DNA of 36,925 bases from Chiloscyllium plagiosum (Eukaryota), in NCBI RefSeq assembly GCF_004010195.1, contig NC_057751.1, positions 4,972,728 to 5,009,652 on the forward strand, in the 5' to 3' direction. How positions within the stretch are numbered: the stretch's first letter is position 1; every line of letters begins with the position of its first letter. The position numbers and the translations under genes are program-made. Under the pieces are notes generated by a model that did not search any database, had not been told where the DNA came from, and worked only from the letters and a program-made list of their open reading frames with translations. Below, in pieces: positions 36,207-36,925 of the stretch.

Positions 36207-36345
36207 CACTGGGCAGAGTATTCCAGGCTGCTGCTGTTAACAACATCCCTGTCAGCTCCAGTAGACGCCCCCTTGGGACAGTGCTCAGAATCCCTGAGCA
36301 GCAAGAGAGCTGGCAGGGGGTGGGGGATCCACTCAGGGTCTCCTG
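36207..36345 (+). repeat. Segmental duplication block Y (copy 2)
   Basis: Matches 24784-24929. Confidence 0.95.
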
Positions 36346-36359
36346 TCTGACACAGGAAC

Positions 36360-36925
36360 GGGGATCCCAGTCTGACAGACTCCCTCTTCCAGAGGGACTT
36401 GGGGATAAGAGGAATGTGGGATGGGGATCCCAGTCTGACAGACTCCCTCTTCCAGAGGGACTTGGGGATAAGAGGAATGTGGGATGGGGATCCCAGTCTG
36501 ACAGACTCCCTCTTCCAGAGGGACTTGGGGATAAGAGGAATGTGGGATGGGGATCCCAGTCTGACAGACTCCCTCTTCCAGAGGGACTTGGGGATAAGAG
36601 GAATGTGGGATGGGGATCCCAGTCTGACAGACTCCCTCTTCCAGAGGGACTTGGGGATAAGAGGAATGTGGGATGGGGATCCCAGTCTGACAGACTCCCT
36701 CTTCCAGAGGGACTTGGGGATAAGAGGAATGTGGGATGGGGATCCCAGTCTGACAGACTCCCTCTTCCAGAGGGACTTGGGGATAAGAGGAATGTGGGAT
36801 GGGGATCCCAGTCTGACAGACTCCCTCTTCCAGAGGGACTTGGGGATAAGAGGAATGTGGGATGGGGATCCCAGTCTGACAGACTCCCTCTTCCAGAGGG
36901 ACTTGGGGATAAGAGGAATGTGGGA
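36360..36925. repeat. Perfect 63-bp minisatellite, about 9 copies, running off the window
   Basis: Unit GGGGATCCCAGTCTGACAGACTCCCTCTTCCAGAGGGACTTGGGGATAAGAGGAATGTGGGAT starts at 36360, 36423, 36486, 36549 and so on. Confidence 0.98.

Overview
Eukaryotic genomic DNA from a cartilaginous fish, inferred from HE1-type V-SINEs, CR1/HER1-type LINEs and Penelope-like fragments. It is repeat-rich and has three N gaps. The main content is a + strand tandem cluster of divergent beta-microseminoprotein (MSMB/PSP94 family) genes that the ORF track largely misses because the exons are short. Gene A (exons 15370-15451, 16820-16931, 19916-20039) keeps the canonical MSMB intron phases but lacks exactly Cys1 and Cys7, the two partners of one disulfide. 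Gene B (exons 31419-31603, 32152-32278) keeps all 10 Cys, lacks the intron between the signal-peptide exon and the core exon, is acidic, and has three N-glycosylation sequons. A probable promoter and first exon (MELIV, 36112-36126) of a third, B-like copy C lies near the right end, inside a recent ~12 kb-offset duplication. In copy B the equivalent first-exon segment is replaced by CR1 fragments. Two related minisatellites (~37 bp and 63 bp units) sit at paralogous intron positions. The left part holds a CCAAT/GC-box promoter and putative 5' exons of an unidentified minus-strand gene. All gene models are manual readings without transcript support.
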